Assembly (NCBI RefSeq): GCF_009914755.1
Contig: NC_060926.1
From: the human T2T-CHM13v2.0 reference genome, Homo sapiens
Length of the DNA stretch: 64,000 nucleotides
Strand: one strand, 5' to 3'
The notes under the pieces are model-generated. The model worked only from the letters and a program-made list of their open reading frames with translations, ran no database searches and was not told where the DNA came from. The position numbers and the translations under genes are program-made. Shown here in pieces: positions 40,451-53,968 of the stretch; the stretch's first letter is position 1, and every line of letters begins with the position of its first letter.

Positions 40451-43061
40451 CACCATTCTTTTTTTTTTCTTGTTGCTATTTCCCCTGGTTCTTTCCTTTT
40501 ATATAATAGGATTTTTTCATGCAACTTCCATTGATGATCGTTGATGAGACTCTCCTTGGATTTCTTAATCTTCCTCCATCAGACTAGATCTATTTGGTTT
40601 ACTTCACCCCCAGGAATGCATTCAGGAACAAAATAGATTGTACATTGTATGTTTTATTTATGAACCTCAATTCCCTTAACTGCTGACCACTGTCATGATA
40701 TTGCTTCAGAGATTTTCTCTGTTTCTCCTTTTGCTTCCAGTTGGTGCTACGTGTTCTCAGTTTAGTGCCCAGTTCCAGTGGTGAGGGCTATATTCATTCT
40801 CAAAATGGAATAATAATGATAAGAGAGATTTAGATAACTTTCAGCCTCTTGATACAATAGGGGCATAACCTTGGGGAAGCAAAGCTGGCTGCTCTGTTCT
40901 AGAATCTTCTGAAACAATAGCCCTGTTTACACTAGATGCAGTTGTATGACGCAAACTTTCAATCCAGTGAGATGCACAGCAGTGTGTACTGACGACCTTA
41001 CAGGTGCTTGTCAGAACCTTCCTATTAAACTTGCAGTCTGCTGAAAATAGAGCACCAATACCTCTGGGCACCTCACTTTTGAAAAACAAACTAAACCATC
41101 AGATAAGACCATGGGGCCTTGGGCTTTATCTAATGCTACACACTCTTTTTAAAATTGATTCACTTTTCTGTCAACCCAATATGTCCATGAAATAGCCTAT
41201 CTGCTGCTACAAGAACAATTATTATTCTGCCTGAGGTGATTCGTATGGTCTCAAGGCCCTGCAAACATCCATCTATACTGAGATGGATTGGAGATAAAGC
41301 AGACATGGGCTGGCACTTCAGCAGATACCCATTGTCAGACATGTCACACGGTGACAGCTAGAGAACTGCCCCACGGCCTTATGGGAAAGCATAATTCCCA
41401 GTTTCCGACAGGTAAGTATGCGTGGGAACAGTCTCAATTTTGTTTGGAGACAGGCACCATAAAGGTCCAAAGACCTTCAAATCTGAGTTGTCCAAATTTT
41501 CAAACTGACAGACCTAAAGTCTGTAAGCAAACAGGGAAGTCCCCATGGAAATTTCAGTTCACTTGTGCTGTATCTTTCCCCATAATCTAATTCCATGTTG
41601 CAATTAGATGTAATTCAAGATATACATAATTGCAATTCATTCAGAAGAGATTTATTTTTTGAGAGGTTCAAAATGAGAAAATGGGCATATTCCTTTATAG
41701 GTTTCATTGATGCAAAGTGGATTTAAATAAATCCAACTATATGTATACCCTGCAGTGACTGATTTATCCAAAGTAAAATATACTGTTGACTTTTGTAGAA
41801 ATTTACATCCTAAGTATTCTCAAACTAATATTAATCTCATTAATGGTGTAATTATCTGAAAGTGGAAATATTATTTCAGTAGCCATTTCGTAATTTCTGT
41901 TTATAATTCCAGTCAATGTTTGATCTTCTAAGACAAAATAGGTGTTTATAAGTCTGAACTAGATGTATTTCTATTTTATAGTTACAAATTAGTTCCCAGT
42001 GATCCATGAGGTCATCTCAGGTAAATCTAACAGACCGCTGAGGGACATCATAATACATTTCCTAGCAGGGAAATAAGTATTAACATCTGAAGCCATGAGA
42101 ACAGAGACATTTATATTTTTAAAGAAAAACAGACACAAGAAATTTCAATCCTCTCATGAAAATGATTTTCAACAAAATTATATTCTATTCCTTACCAGAG
42201 TCACTGAAGGATATCTACATGGGATAACTGGAATAACCACTCAAAACATTAAAAATAAAGGTGGATGATGTTCAATCAAAATGTTTATTTTGTTTATTAG
42301 TCAACTAGATTACTTCAGCAAAATAAAAAGCAATACTAAATGTTTGAATTCAATTCCAATTTAGTCAGAATTATCTATTGCATAGACTTGTACTTTCATA
42401 CAAACCATAAAAATGAAGAATTATGTTTTGTATCTAGGGATTCAAATATAAAAGATAAGAACAAAATTACATCAAATCCTGTTTTTGACTTTGATTTCAG
42501 TGAGTCATACAAATCCCCACTTGTCACAAAATGAAGACTCACAAGTAAGTTTCTCACAGGTCAATGATTTCAGAGCAGCAAATACTCATTCTTCCGAGCT
42601 ACTCAGGTCCTAGATTATTTTCTGCCTTGACATACAAAGATCTACTTGAGTCTTGAGGGAGGGGGGTGCACCCCCTCCACCACCACCAGAATGGAAAATA
42701 AACCAAGTCAGTTGATGCAGATTCAGGTCTTCTTGAAAATTTCAAAGGTCTTCTGTGGCCTTAGGGAATTTCCATTCTATTCTAGGTCTGAGACTTCCGA
42801 ATGCCCAAGGAACTTAGGGTGACTGGATGAGGGCCATGGGAACCTACAGCAAAATGCTGCTGGGAAGTACCCCAGAGAAGACCCAGTGTGTGGCTTATAA
42901 CAATCTGAACCTCAGGGACCTGCCCTCTACTTTTAGCATTACAATCTGACCAAATTAGAATGTTGTTATTGGCAATAGGAACTGTTTTTTGACTATATTT
43001 TGGATTTTTGCTGCCATGAAGAATTAGATACTGAATGGGAATTAACCTCTCTCTTGCCCAT

Positions 43062-43411
43062 TGTCTTAGTTCAGGCTGCTACAATAAATTACCATAGATT
43101 AGGTGGCTTACACAACACATTTATTTCTCAAAGTTCTGGAGGCTGGAAGTTTGAGATCAGGGTGCCAGCATGGTTGGATTCTTGTGAGAACCATGCCTTC
43201 CTCCCGGTTCACAGATGGCTGTCTTCTCATGGTGTCCTTGCATGGTGGATATGGAAAGATCTTTTGTCTGTTATTCCCTTATAATATAACACATTAATCT
43301 CATAATGAAGGCTGTACCCTCAAGATCTAATTACCTCCTAATAGCATCACATTGGAGGTTAAAATTTCAACATGTAAATTTTAGAAGGACACAAACATTC
43401 AGTCTATGACA
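43062..43411 (-). mobile_element. MLT1A/B-type MaLR solo LTR
   Basis: tgtcttagttcaggctgctacaataaattaccataga...ggacacaaacattcagtctatgaca; TSD cccat/cccct. Confidence 0.9.
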
Positions 43412-44184
43412 CCCCTAATCCAAGAGGAATATTTATGAGCTAATAATTGCAATATGCCTTTAATTAGTTTAGAAACACAGGGTTGATCATATAATTCTTC
43501 TTCAGGCTTTCAATATTTCTTGGCTTGGTGGTTAATACACTTCCAGATCTGGCCCCATCCTGCATGTTTACAATCTCCTTTCACTTTTTTCAACACATCA
43601 GGTTATATGCTGATTCTAACCATGACATCATTTTGTGCCTTCGCTTGCACTGTTTCCTCTGCCCTCTGCCATTGTCCAGCTTGTGACGGATGACTTTCAG
43701 GGTCTATCACAAATGTTAGACATGCCATACACGTGTTCTCAATTCCCGCAAAAGGAATTAATGGCACCCCTCAAGTTTGTTTCTCTAGTATTTTATACTT
43801 CTTTTATTGTAGTACTTAACACATTATAAATAATGGGATGGTAGAGCTTCGTGGTTCTTATAATCCATGCCTTTGTCTCCAGTACTTGAATATTCCAGTG
43901 CAAGGTCAGTTTTAAAATATCTGGTATGTTTAAAGATAATACCAAAGATTAGTGCTAGAAATGGAGCTGGTAAAATATGTATATTAGCCCCCTCCTCTTT
44001 TTTACTTTGAGCTGTTTATTTTCCCTGAGAAACTTCAGGGGCAATAGGTGAGAAGATTTTTCTTGGTCCCTGTTCCTAGGAAAGGGAAAACATCCACCTA
44101 GCTATGAGTCGACTGATCCTAAGAATTGTTGCTTAGGGGACCAGCCATCTTTTTCGTATGAAGTCATATCAGAAAATCTGGAAA

Positions 44185-44345
44185 CATGGATCTGGGAACT
44201 TTTGTTTTTAAATTTGGCTCAGAATTAATGCTATGTGTGACCTACGGAATGGTATTTCTTGTCATGGGGCTTTTCTCCTTGGGAAAATGAGAGGCTTAGA
44301 CTAGCAGGTCTAAATTCCCTTCAGATTTGAACATCTGTGATTCTA
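44185..44345 (+). mobile_element. MIR3-like SINE fragment
   Basis: aaaatgagaggcttagactag...tcccttcag...tctgtgattcta. Confidence 0.55.
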
Positions 44346-44907
44346 AAACTCCACACTTGAAGTGCTGTGTAGGAAGCTGGCTGGGTATTAGGTGTTTGAA
44401 GGACTTGCTGTTCTGAGGACTACTAATATATTGAATTCCTCTATTCAAATTAAAAATTGTATTTTTAAGGGTAACATTTTTTGCTCAGATATTTTTTCAA
44501 ATAGGTTTTGCTTCTATTCCCAGACACAGGTGTCTAGAAATGAAGAGAGGTGAGAAAGGGAGCAAGACACAGAATTTGACAATACCAGTAATTTGTGTGT
44601 AAGGCTGTTTTGTTGAAAGCACATCCCTGAGCCCCTGGAAACCTGAGGAGGGAAGTATTATATGTGTTTGAGTCCTGGCAACAGACGAATTCACGACAGG
44701 CTGGCTATGAAGAGGTTTCGTCAGCATTTGTTATCTTGGAGTGTCTTGTCCTAAGAGTGCTCTTGATCACTACTGGTCTGCTGTCTTCCACAGGCCACCA
44801 ATCGGTCATCTCTGATTGGGAAAATACTGCCAGTGAATGAGATTGTCTGGTTTAGCCACAAAAAAAGAGGCTGTGTCACAATCTGGCAAATTCTAATGAA
44901 TGGTTGT

Positions 44908-45267
44908 TGATATGGTTTGGCTGTGTTCCCACCCAAATCTCATCTTAAATTGTAGCTCCTATAATTCCTGTGTGTTGTGGGAGGGACCCGGTGGGAAGTA
45001 ATTGAATCATGGGAGCTCTTTCCTCATACTGTTCTCTTGGTAGTGAATTGGTCTCATGAGATCTGATGGCTTTATAAGGGGTTTCCCATTTTGCTTGGCT
45101 CTCGTTCTGTCTTGCCTGTAGCCATGTAAGATGTGCCTTTCGGCTTCTGCCATGATTGTGAGGCCTCCCCAGCCATGTGGAACTGCAAGTCCATTAAACC
45201 TCTTTCCTTTATAAATTACCCAGTCTCAAGTATGCCTTTATTAGCAGCATAAGAACAGACTGATACA
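44908..45267 (+). mobile_element. THE1C/D MaLR solo LTR
   Basis: tgatatggtttggctgtg...cagactgataca; TSD gttgt/gttgc. Confidence 0.95.
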
Positions 45268-45319
45268 GTTGCTTTTAGTTATTTATTTCATAGTTTCAGC
45301 TGTTTTTATAGTTGTTTGA

Positions 45320-45485
45320 ACCATATCTGCATGACTTTAGGGAAGTTACTTAACTGCCCAGAGCCTCTGTGTCTTTATCAAGTGTGTTTCATGAACTTCT
45401 GGGTTGTGGTGAGACTTTTATGAGATAATGTTTGTGAGAACAGATTTTACACTGTTAAACACAAGGCACATGTTGGTTATTATAG
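45320..45485 (+). mobile_element. MIR SINE fragment
   Basis: tgactttagggaagttacttaac...gagcctc...ggttgtggtgaga...atgagataatg. Confidence 0.65.
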
Positions 45486-45944
45486 CCAGTTGGACAAGTA
45501 ATGGCTAAGAAGTTATTTTTCTTTCCCAATTTCCCAGAGACAATCAGATTTTTTTGTCATCACTGTCTTGTGAAGTATAATCTGTTACATCTACTTGTAG
45601 TAAACTTGCCAGTTTGGTAGCTTTAGATCAGATTGGCCAAATTTTCCGTAAATCCATTCTGAGCAGGACTCTGTTATTGTTGGAACTGCAGATCATTAAC
45701 TGATGTTTGCAGCTGCCAAGACTTTACCACAATTGAAGAAATAGCTATGGAAGTCAGACTTACACCTGAATTTCTTTAAGTTTATTCATTTAAATTTGAT
45801 CCTTGAAGTATTTGCTTTACTCATTATGCTGCCTAATTTGCCTAAAATAAATCAGAAATCAGTCAGTACTCAAATCCTGGGGTAATTGGAGTTTTTGGTG
45901 TCAGCAGCAGCATTAACATCTATTCCATCATAAGTGCCTGCAAC

Positions 45945-45969
45945 TGTGTGTGTGTGTGTGTGTGTGTGT
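45945..45969. repeat. (TG)n microsatellite
   Basis: Directly visible. Confidence 0.95.
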
Positions 45970-48382
45970 ATACAAGAAAGAGAGTTCCTTTTGCCTGCAA
46001 TTACAAGTAATATTTGGGGAATATTTTTAATCCATCTATAAATGGATATGAAAAGCTGCTATCTAAAAGAGATAAAAGGCTGTTTGTTTTCACATGCCAA
46101 TATTACCTGAAGAAAAAAGGCTGGAGAATAAATTGGATGAGTATATTCCAATTTATCACCACAAAAATATGTATAGTATCTTTCCAAACTAATAGGTGAT
46201 TTTGATGCAACAATCATAGGAAACAAGTGAGCATCTGGATATAACCCTTAGACAAATAATGTCTGTTATGGTTTAGACATTTGAATTGATTCCTATAAAA
46301 GCAAATAAAAGAACACACATAAGACAGAGGGCAGATTGGATTGGATTGATAGTCAGCAATGTCGCCTTGCTTACTTAGAGTCTGCATAGTGTTTTGTAGG
46401 GAGGGAGGGATTTCGGCAACTAGAACCTTCATTTACTCAATGGAGTTGTAAATGAAACTTGAAAATGGAGTTGTTCAAGTTCAAGGTTTTGGTGGTTAGG
46501 GATTTCTCCTCTTCTTTAGAGTGCTGACTCTAAATGGGCTGGAGGGGCTGCACGCTAGGAATTGGTAGGCAAGGGAGACCCATTCGCTTTCTGGCTGATT
46601 TATATTTTGGGACCTGGGTCTGTATTAATGGCTTCTCCTGCCTCACCCAGTAAGTCACCAGTGGAGATGATGAATGAGCAGGAGTTGGTCCTGGGCCGTG
46701 AGGCTTGTCACAGCGGACAGGAAGCATAGGAGTGGGGCTGTACAGAGCGGTGACCTTAAACATCAGTGAGGTGGTTCAGCGGCCAACAGGCTAACACAGT
46801 AAAATCAGCTACTTTTCCCTTGGGGAGGAATGAGCAAGGATTGAGAGCCTGACTGGATGGAGCCTCAGGCCAATGCATGTTGTGGGAACAAGGAGTTTCC
46901 CCAGCCAGGGCCCAGGATGGCGTGTTCTGGAGGATAAAGAAATGCTGGGGCATGTACCTGCATTAAAGAAGCAATACACCTGTAAGAATGAACACCACAT
47001 ATTGTCTTTTTGCACAGAATGATGGCCAAAAAATTCGCATAGATTCCAAAAGATAACATCCAAGAAAAGAGTCTTTTCAGTTCATTCTCCTAAAGAGAAA
47101 TTGGAGGCCATTATGAGTGGACAAGGCTGGCATTTTGGGGATAATATAAATCTGTTTTCTTGAGGTCTGTTCTCCATTCTGACTCCTTTTTGTCTGATAG
47201 CAAGAACAATACTTTCTGTGACAAAATCAGTACATTGTTTTCTTTAGCAAGATGCAATATTTGAAATGAGGATTGATCTAGAGGCCAAAACCTTTGACCT
47301 CTTTTTTCCATAGGTCATAAACGTGACCTGCAGCAGGCATACCAAGACACTGCCCTTGCCCAGGCACAACCTCCAGTTATTTGGTCCAACAGGTGAATGC
47401 CAGAAATTGCGGCCTGCCTATTGGAAATGGAATTGCCACCTTTACTGGAGGTCTCAAGTGATGCCCAAACTTAGATTGCACAAATATTATTTGTAATAAT
47501 ATTTTAAAACTAGCAATTACTGTGGTTCTTTAAGGAGAATATCTACAAAATTGACTGAATCCTTTAGATTTCATCCAAATATCTCGCACTATATTTATAT
47601 TGGGTGCAATGTAATTAAACAGCAATGTCCTGCACTACTTCCTGCAAGGGATCTGTCACTGACAGTTATACTGAAATTGCCAGGCAGTGGATTGTTTCTG
47701 CCAAGTGGGGTAAGTGTTTTAAGATCAGACAAAACACAGAGAAACTCTTCATAGCATAGGGATTCACACTCTGTTCCCTGTCATGTGCCCCCACCCTAGC
47801 TTGCCATTCTCTCCAGAAAATGCTGAACCCCTAGACTTCCATAACAAAATCCCTGAGATGATTTGACACAGTGCTGCAGCCTCACACACCTGTAATGAGT
47901 AGGGCATATTGAAGGCCATTAAGAGGCTCCACAAAATCCCACTGGGGAGGATCATTTTTAAAATATTGCTTCGAGACATTGTGTCATCAATGTAATAGAA
48001 TTCCCGAAAGGAGAAGCAGCCAGGACACAAGGCAAAACACAGAGACTCTGGAAGGCAGGCAGGACTGGAAAAGTTCCACCACAACTAGTGAGGAGGGACT
48101 GGAGGTTCATATCCACATCCACCGTATTCTCCTTAAGCAATTATATAAAATGTCATTTACTTCCTATTGGGTGTGAATTTTATTGCCGTTATCAACAAAA
48201 TCCTTTGATGTCTTCATAGTGACCAACTTAAAGAACCCTGTCCAGTGTTAGTATAAAAGGATACTTGCCCCAAGATCCCATCTTTTAGAGCCAAGAGCTT
48301 TGTGCATGGGGTTAGCAAAGCCAGATACACAGCCCCCTCAGAGAGCTCTGTCTTAATGAGGTTTCCAGAAATGTGGACAGAG

Positions 48383-48592
48383 CAGAGGTCAGCAAACTAT
48401 GGCCCATGGGCCAAATCTGTCTTTAACAAAGTTTTATTGGAACATAGCTGTAGCTGTACTCATTTGTTTACGTATTGTCTGTAGCTGTCTTTTCGCTACA
48501 ATGGCAGAGTTGAGAGGTTGCCACAGAGACCTTATGACTCACAAGGCTGAAAATATTTCCATTTGGTCCTTTATGGAAAATGTTTGCTTTTC
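48383..48592 (+). mobile_element. MER58A hAT-Charlie MITE
   Basis: cagaggtcagcaaactatggccc...aaagttttattggaaca...ctacaatggcagagttgag...ctgaaaatattt. Confidence 0.9.
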
Positions 48593-48680
48593 TGAAAAGA
48601 AAGGCATAGACTGAAATATCACTGAACTATCACGAAGCAGCAGCTGGGCACCTACAACTAGACCCGTAAACATTGATCTA

Positions 48681-49055
48681 TTCATTCTTTTTGTTCATTT
48701 GCAAACAATTATTGAGCACCTCCTATGTGGCAGGCACTATTTTGGGATGCTTAGGTTTGCAAAAAGTTAGATGAGAATGTCTATCTTCATGGAGCTTACT
48801 ATCTAGTGCAGGAGAGACAAACCCTAAACAAAAACGATAATAAATAATTATATTATATTATAGAAAGTAATAAGTGCTATAGAAAAATTAGAGCAGGGAT
48901 GCCTAGGTGGGAGGGCCTTGGAAGGGGTTGCAATTTGTGGGAGTCAAAGGAAACCTCTTTGAGGAGGTGGCATCTGAATGAAGATGAGAAGCATAAGGGA
49001 GTGAGTTCCTTGGGCCTGGAAGAAGAATGTTTCAGGCCAGAGAACAGCAAGCAGG
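48681..49055 (-). mobile_element. L2a LINE 3' region
   Basis: tattgagcacctcctatgtggcaggcactatt...tcatggagcttact...ataagtgctatagaaaaa. Confidence 0.85.
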
Positions 49056-49160
49056 AAGGTTTTGGACAATCTCTACAGGGTCCCACCTTAGCCACCAGCT
49101 CAGCACCACAGGTTGGTTTTCAAGCTGAATGAAAATAATCTCAGAAGGTATTTTTCCCTC

Positions 49161-49513
49161 TGATATGGCTTGTCTGTGTCCCCACCCAAATCTCACTTTG
49201 AATTGTAATAATCTTCATGGTCAAGGGTGGGACCAAGTGGAGATAATTGACTCATGGGGACGGTTTCCCCATACTGTTCTCATTGTAGTGAATAAGTCTT
49301 ATGAGATCTGATGGTTTTATAAAAAGGAATTCCCCTGTACAAGTTCTGTTGCCTGCCGCCATGTGAGTTGTGCCTTTGCTTCTCCTTTGCCTTCCTCCAT
49401 GATTATAAGGCCTCCCCAGCAATGTAGAACTGTGAGTCCATTAAACCTCTTTCCTTTACAAATTACCCATCTTAGGCAGGTCTTTATTAGCAGTGTGAGA
49501 ACAGATTAATACA
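49161..49513 (+). mobile_element. THE1 (C/D-like) MaLR solo LTR, probably inside a MER5-like remnant (about 49110-49680)
   Basis: tgatatggcttgtctgtgtccccacccaaatctca...gcagtgtgagaacagattaataca; no clear TSD. Confidence 0.9.
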
Positions 49514-50175
49514 CTGCCCCCCCCAGCAAATTCTAACAACTCCTGCAGATTTTCCAAGGATTCCATTCAATTCCTACAGATTTTGATGCAATAAACCTGT
49601 GGCAGGGACTAGAAATTTGTATTTTGTGAAACAGGAGAGTATTTTAGGTTTTCCAGGTGCCTCTGTTTAGGAACCACTGATCTAAATCAAAATAAGAATG
49701 CCCTCCAAATATGCTGAGAGTCATTCAGCGTCTACTTAAACACTTCTAGTAATGGGAAGCTATTAACTCTTTTAGAGAGTTAACTTCATAAAATATTTAT
49801 AACATTTAATTAATTTATTCATTTATTCAACAAAAATGTGTAGCCCTCTTACTATGAGTCAGGTATTGGAAATGCACAAACACATGTTCTGTGCTTTCAT
49901 TGTTTTTCACTTGTTTGTTTCTGATGGCAAAATGTATATGTTTTCATTTTAGACAGATTGAGAAAAAATAGTAAAACACATAAGAAAAAAATTAGCTCTT
50001 TATTTTACAGATGACAATGTTAATACTTTGGCTTATTTTAATTTTTTTCTCTCTACATTTAAAAGATTGGAATCTCTTTTTCTACTAATAATGTATTATG
50101 AATATTTCTGTCTCTACAAAACATTTTTCTCCTCTGTGCTTTTTAAGAAACATTGTATCCCATATGTTATATGTT

Positions 50176-50177
<2 letters not shown>

Positions 50178-50217
<40 letters not shown>
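50178..50217. repeat. (TG)n microsatellite
   Basis: Directly visible. Confidence 0.95.
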
Positions 50218-50220
<3 letters not shown>

Positions 50221-50838
50221 GGCTAGATTATTTCAAAATACTCACCCCCTACAAAAAATGCTGCAATTAATTTTCTTACAGACTTTCTCCAGCATTTCTA
50301 ATTATTCATGTCAATGTACGTGGAATTTCTAGACTAAAGGATATAGGCTTTTAATGTTTTAAAAATATTTTTAAAAATTGCTTCTCTAGAAAGAACTCCA
50401 ATTTCCATCCCCATTTCAATTATATGAAAATATCCATGTCTTCATACCGTTAGCAATTCTGATTTTTCATTCTTTTGATTAAAAAAGCTACAATTTTTGA
50501 AATGTTCTTTCTTGAACTGAGTTGACATTTGCCTATCCAAATCTTCAATCTATTGATCAGACTTTCCTTCACTGGAGATTTGTGAGATAAGCTCAATTCC
50601 TCTTCTTTAAAATGTAATTTCAGATATTTGAAAATAATTATCATGCCTCCACTGTGCTCTGTCTCCAGTTATAGTATTTTTTTTTTTTTGCTCTAATAAT
50701 TACTCCTCCTATAATCTAGTTTCTAGTCTCTTCACAGTTCTGGTATCACTGTTCTTGATAAGCCTCAGTTAATCTGGACTGCTATATGTGTGAGTGTGTG
50801 ACATACACACGTATGTATATGTGAATATTTATTCACAC

Positions 50839-51194
50839 GTCTATAGACTGACTGTTTGTCCACCTCCCACTCCCCAAATTCATATGTTGAAACCTAATCG
50901 CCAATGTGATGGCATGAATAGATGGGGGCTTTGGGAGGTAATCAGGTCATAAGGGTGGAGCCCTCATAAATGGCATTAGTTCCTTTATAAAAGAGACCCC
51001 AGAAAGCTCCCTCTCCCTTTTCACCACATGAGGAATGTCTGTACACCAGGAAGTGGGCTCTCACCAGACATGGAAACTGAAGATGTTTTGATCTTGGGTT
51101 TCCCAGCCACAGAACTGCGAGAAATAAATGACTGTTGTTCATAAGCCACCCAGTCTACAGAACTTTGTTATATAAGTCTAAATGGACTACCACA
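50839..51194 (+). mobile_element. MLT1A0 MaLR solo LTR
   Basis: aaattcatatgttgaaacctaatc...ggagccctcat...ttataaaagagaccccaga...ataagccacccagtct. Confidence 0.9.
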
Positions 51195-52600
51195 AGGATT
51201 AAACCAAGGACTGCCACTGTACGAGCACTGTCTTCTTTGTTTCGAACATGATACTGCTACTGGTGTGAGCTAAGTAGGCATTAGTTTTTCTTGGCAACCA
51301 TGCCACCCCATTGGCTCATAAAGAGACTGATATCAACCAAAATTCCCAAGCATTTTATAAACAATCTCATAGTGATATCAGGTATCCACTGTACTTCACT
51401 GACTCAGTTGCTTTCTGAGGCCCAAGTGCATGACTTTAATAGGAATCAATACAATCTTTAATTCTAGTTTGTCAAATTCTTTTTGAAAACTGATTTTATC
51501 ACCAGATGTGTATTTAATACAAACTTGACAAGGACATATCTTGACTTGTAGTAATTAAGAAAAATACTGGATGACATCTATTGCAGACATCTTGTTCCAC
51601 CCTACTTGTCTGTTATTGATCCATTATCAACAGACAACATGTGTGCATGTGTGTATAGATATACAGGGAAACTGTAAAACAAATCACAAAGTATTCTCAA
51701 CTTGCTGATATCAAAATATATTCTTTGTATGGTATTTTTCTGACCTCCTTGCCTGTATTTTTTTGTAATGAAAATTAGCTTAGCATGATTGGTTGATTGT
51801 CTATGTTGGCTCTTTGGCTTCAGAATATAGCCAGGGTCAACATCAAGCTCAGCTGTATGTAGTCACTAGTTCCTAACTGTATTTCTCTATTTTAAAATGT
51901 ATTTCATCTACTAGAACACCTTGCTTTTAGAGCAATGTAAGCATGTGTTCATAAGTTGGCCTTGTATATAAGTCATTTGGGTCTAATGACTTCTATTCAT
52001 TTCAAACAGAGAGATGTTACTTAACTATCTTCTACCATCTTTACTTCCGGTTCCCTGATAATTGTGCTTGTTACCTACATTTTCCGGTTTTAAAATCATT
52101 ATGATAGAAGTAGAAGATGGAAAAGGTGATCTTAGATAGGAGTCAAGTTCTCATGCTTTTGCATTATTTGTTAATGATGTTTTATTTATCTGAATTCTTG
52201 AATTTAAGCCTTTCTCAATCTTAATATTATGGCTATATTTTTAATAACCCAGTGTATTGCTCTTGACACTTTTACTACATCTGTTTTTCAACTTAGAATT
52301 TACCCTCATATATGAAATCAATTGTCCTTATCATAACTGACCTATACATTTAAAATAGTTCAGTGATTACAAAAATAGTTTCTCCCTAGTGGTATTTAAT
52401 ATGATCAGATCATTAATAGCATGGGCTTATGTCCTCACATGTATGCTGCTTTTAAGTTTTCAAAGCATTTTATACGTTTTTAATCTTAAGAACTAGACTC
52501 AGTCATAAGATTAGATTTGATCATAAATCTAAGTTACTTCCTGGCTCATGTAATGTGAGGTGATGCTGAGTAAGGTAGAGATAACTTCATTTTCTTAAGA

Positions 52601-52603
<3 letters not shown>

Positions 52604-52647
<44 letters not shown>
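52604..52647. repeat. (TG)n microsatellite, about 22 units
   Basis: Directly visible. Confidence 0.95.
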
Positions 52648-52650
<3 letters not shown>

Positions 52651-52852
52651 TGTTTTATACATATATATGTTTATGTGAATATATATCTACATGTTGTACT
52701 CCTTATTTAAGAATTTCCACACTATATAAAATAAATATAGAACAAAAACTAATTGGCATCTAACTAAATACAGAGAGGGGAATGCAACAATTTCAATGTG
52801 AGGGTCATATTAAAATAAAACAAGAATGTAATCTTAGATTATAGTCTTTTTT

Positions 52853-52967
52853 GAGGGTGACTAACCATATCCATTTGCCTGAGAACTGGAGGATTTCCCA
52901 AGATGCAGAACTTTCAGTGCTCAAACTGGGAAATTCCTGGGCAAATTGGGATGAGTTGGTCATCTTA
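52853..52967 (-). mobile_element. MER94 hAT-Blackjack MITE
   Basis: TIRs agggtgactaac / gttggtcatctt; internal actttcagtgct; putative 8-bp TSD tctttttt/tctttctc. Confidence 0.8.
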
Positions 52968-53008
52968 TCTTTCTCCTAATTCTTTCCAGATGACACCTCC
53001 CCCTGCTG

Positions 53009-53103
53009 TTTTATTTTATTTTATTTTATTTTATTTTATTTTATTTTATTTTATTTTATTTTATTTTATTTTATTTTATTTTATTTTATTTTATTTTATT
53101 TTA
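53009..53103. repeat. (TTTTA)19 perfect pentanucleotide repeat
   Basis: Directly visible, 95 bp uninterrupted. Confidence 0.97.
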
Positions 53104-53252
53104 TTTATTTTAAACCTGGAATGGTTGACCACCTTCCAATTCTAACACAACTAGCTTTTCTTTGGCCAATTTCGTTTTCTTCTGTCTTTTAGGTACTATT
53201 TCTTGTTAGTCTACAGACTATTATTTCCTTCTTAAAACTACCCTCCCTTCCA

Positions 53253-53253
<1 letters not shown>

Positions 53254-53306
<53 letters not shown>
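53254..53306. repeat. (CT)n microsatellite, interrupted
   Basis: Directly visible. Confidence 0.95.
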
Positions 53307-53779
53307 ACCCACCTCTCTTACTTGCTGTCTTACCTTATGAGAGAGCAGCTAGGGCCACACAGTTTCTTCTTAATGCTCTCGTTTCAATGTTTAGTTTATG
53401 ACCATGAAATGATCATTAATACCTCCGGATAATTTGCATTTCTATTTTCATTGGGAAATTCCTCTTATCTCTATACCAATGGCCTATACTTTTGTGATTT
53501 GAAGTTCAAGTTGAAGCAGCTAAGCTTTACGACACACTTTTGAAGACCTGAAATAACAGAATACTGGAGTTCCCTGGAAGTAGCAACACGGTCTTGATGC
53601 TTATGTCCCCATCTGGTAACAAAGAGACTGATCTTTGATCAGATTGACAGAGCCCAGGTGCACACAGGATCCAGTTATATAAGTGTTGACTCTATTCGTT
53701 CCTACCTGTCATTGTATATAATGATCAAGGGTTGCAAATTGGGGTATTGTATAGCAAAAGTGGTCCACAAGATGATCAT

Positions 53780-53968
53780 ATCACACAATCTTTACAACTC
53801 AGAAGGGACTTTTGCAATGATCAGGTGTAACTTACTCATTTTCCACTTGAAGAAACTGAGATCCATTCAAGACATTAAGAGAGTTCCATAATATGACAAA
53901 TCCGATTAGTGGCAGAACTGGAATCTCCATTACTCAGAACCCATAGCCTTGTTCTCCACTCTATGCTG
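53780..53968 (-). mobile_element. MIR3/MIRc SINE
   Basis: gaagggactttt...atgatcaggtgtaac...ctcattttccacttgaagaaactgag...ttagtggcagaactggaa. Confidence 0.7.

Larger units (their letters stand above)
49690..51850 (-). mobile_element. L3/CR1 LINE relic, fragmented by L2, L1M and MLT1A0 insertions
   Basis: ORF 50450-50644 (MIIIFKYLK...EEELSL...CQLSSRKN) resembles the CR1 ORF2 C-terminus; 3' piece ttaaacacttctagtaatgggaagct at about 49740; further CR1-like text at 51220-51350. Confidence 0.65.

Noticed and set aside
46320-46940. Slightly GC-richer block with reverse CCAAT boxes, as a possible promoter
   Set aside because: CpG density is far below island level and there is no clear TSS architecture
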